Made by a program: the position numbers and the translations under genes
Origin: Eledone cirrhosa
Lineage: Eukaryota
Assembly (NCBI GenBank): GCA_964016885.1
Contig: OZ024743.1
Coordinates: forward strand, 186,558,001-186,622,000
Direction of reading: 5' to 3'
DNA: 64,000 bases
Part shown: piece by piece, positions 61,813 to 64,000 of the stretch
How the letters are laid out: each line of letters begins with the position of its first letter
Numbering within the stretch: the stretch's first letter is position 1
Notes under the pieces: model-generated
What the model saw: the letters and a program-made list of their open reading frames with translations, nothing else
Told to the model about the DNA's origin: nothing
The model's database searches: none

Positions 61813-62824
61813 CTATATATATATCATCATCGTGACAAGTGGAGAGATGCTGTGCTGAATAGGACCCGTCCAGCCCTTGCAAGCAGGGAAAAGCAGACGT
61901 AAAATGATGATGATATATATATATATATCATCATCATCATCATCATCAATTTCTTTCCTCTCTCAATCTTCTCACGGCTCGGACGTATCTATTTCTCCTC
62001 GTCAATTTGATTTGTCGGACTTAAGCCCACAGGATTCATTGACTTGTTTCTATTTTCCTCTCTTTACGTTGCATTACTACCATGTGTTTGTTTCCTTCCC
62101 TCTGTTTTCCCACTGTCCCGATAACTTAATTGAGTTATCGCTCGCACTGATTTTAGGTATCTAGTCTTTAATGCGTCGAAATACCAATGATAATCAGCAG
62201 ACTACTGATGAGGACATTTTATCTTTTGGTCTATTTTTATTCATATACAACACAGCATGCCATTCTTCATTTATATATATATATATATATATATATAAGT
62301 TATTCCGGGTTGAATCGGAAGTAACCACAGTAAGTAAGGTACTCAATACATAGCAGAGTATATATATATACAGAATGAGAGAGAGAGAGAGAGTCTGTGT
62401 GTGGTTATTTATGTGCATGCTTCTAACAGCACATTATGTGTTGGACTATTTATATGATAAAAGTTTTACTTGGAACAATTCAATTTTGATAGTACTCAAA
62501 AATGAACGTTTCAATATACTAAACTTTATCTAAGTAAACTGTTTACAAATTTCAGGTTTAAAATGTTATTTGATTGTAATGAAATCTGGCAGTTTTTCCA
62601 TTATTCTTTCTGTACATTAACATTAATAAGCTGCCATATTTCAAATGGTACAAAAATCACTTTATAGATGTTTATTCATGTGTGTATATGTGTCTATGTT
62701 CACACTTGTATACACAAACACACACATACACAAGTATGTATGTTTGCGTATATATACATATATTGCTAAGTATGTATGTATTATATGTATGTATGTATAT
62801 ATATGTATATTATGTATTCATGTA

Positions 62825-62916
<92 letters not shown>

Positions 62917-62965
62917 TATATATATGTATATTATGTATATATATGTATATTATGCATTCATGTGC

Positions 62966-63001
<36 letters not shown>

Positions 63002-63544
63002 GTATATGTGTACATATATGTATATATATATATGTATACACATACTAACACACACACTCATACATACACATTTCTTTCTGTTGAGAAATGCAGGCTTAAA
63101 ATTCTCTTTCTGACTTAATAAAGATTTCTTTTAATACCAGTAAAACTGTAATGTAGTTTCTTTTTATTTTTTTGTAAGGCTTGTTTTGTTATAAAGAGAA
63201 ATATATTGATTTTTATGTTTCAGCTAAAACTTAAAGAAACGAACAGAAGTCTATGAAAATTGAGGTTGCAAAGTCACATCAACACTGTTCTTCAAAAGTA
63301 AAGATTATTCCTAGTTTACGCTCCAATTACTATGTTTTAGGCCTGTCAGATTTGCAATAAAGAAAAACAACAAATGGAAGGAAGTATGAAATTAAATGAA
63401 CACATGAAATACTATTAGGAAAGAAATGGCAGATAAATATTGAAATAGAAATGGGATATTTTATTATGGCCTAATTAATACCGATTTTTAATTTTGGCAC
63501 AAGGCCAGCAAATTTTGGGGAAGGGAAGTAAGTAGGCTATCGTC

Positions 63545-64000
63545 AATTTGGATTTCATGCTAACCTTTACCTATGGTCATGGGTTTTGGGTAATGATCAA
63601 AAGCATACAATCACGAATACAAGCAGCCAAAATGGGATTCCTCCGAAGGGTCTTTCGAGTAATGTTACTCGATAGAGTAAATAGCTCGGAGATCAGAGAG
63701 AGTCACTCCAGGTAGAGCTGCAACTACTCCGAATTGAGAGATCACAGCTCTGATACCACAGGCATGTGACTAGAATGTGTCAGGAAAGAATCGCGAGACA
63801 GATTTTACAGGCAAAACCAACTGGCAAGAGTCCCAGGGGTAGACCCCAAGCAAGATGGTTGGATAACATCCATGATTTTGGCTCATCACGCTTAGGGATC
63901 CAGCAGGACCGGTTGGAGATGATTGCTTCTGACAGGACCCACTGGAAGGAGTGTTTGAGGACTCTGACCCCACGACCTCCTAAGGAATAAATGAGTGAAG
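63545..64000 (+). mobile_element. Rex3/Expander-like RTE 3' region
   Basis: TYGHGFWVM..SRIQAAKMGFLRRV..DRV.SSEIRESL..IERSQL..PTGKSPRGRP.ARW..LTPRP. Confidence 0.88.

Noticed and set aside
62171-62230. Permuted hammerhead (GTCGAAA...CTGATGAGGAC)
   Set aside because: Helices I and III cannot be formed convincingly.

Overview
AT-rich eukaryotic DNA, most likely an octopus (inferred from the SINE and RTE repeat repertoire). The window lies inside a minus-strand voltage-gated calcium channel alpha2/delta (CACNA2D-family) gene. Three consecutive in-frame exons are visible (38017-38076, 28406-28589, 28186-28317), with introns of 88 bp and about 9.4 kb between them; no further exon was found in the flanking >25 kb on either side. 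Positions about 300-28100 are a degenerate (TA)n field (200-N gap at 20340-20539) holding many non-LTR retroelements: a CR1-type LINE, several RTE LINEs (one with an uninterrupted 956-aa ORF carrying a PHD-type finger inside the RT), three copies of a bipartite non-autonomous RTE derivative, and Penelope-like (Naiad-type) fragments. At least seven hammerhead-ribozyme-like motifs are readable by eye. Four of them sit as sense/antisense pairs in two long palindromes, and every unpaired motif is antisense to the host gene. The rest is intron with tRNA-derived SINEs, piggyBac-like MITEs, Rex3/Expander-like RTE tails and decayed CRE-like remnants. The many 'YIYI' ORFs are microsatellite artefacts. 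All assignments come from reading motifs by eye; no database search was run.
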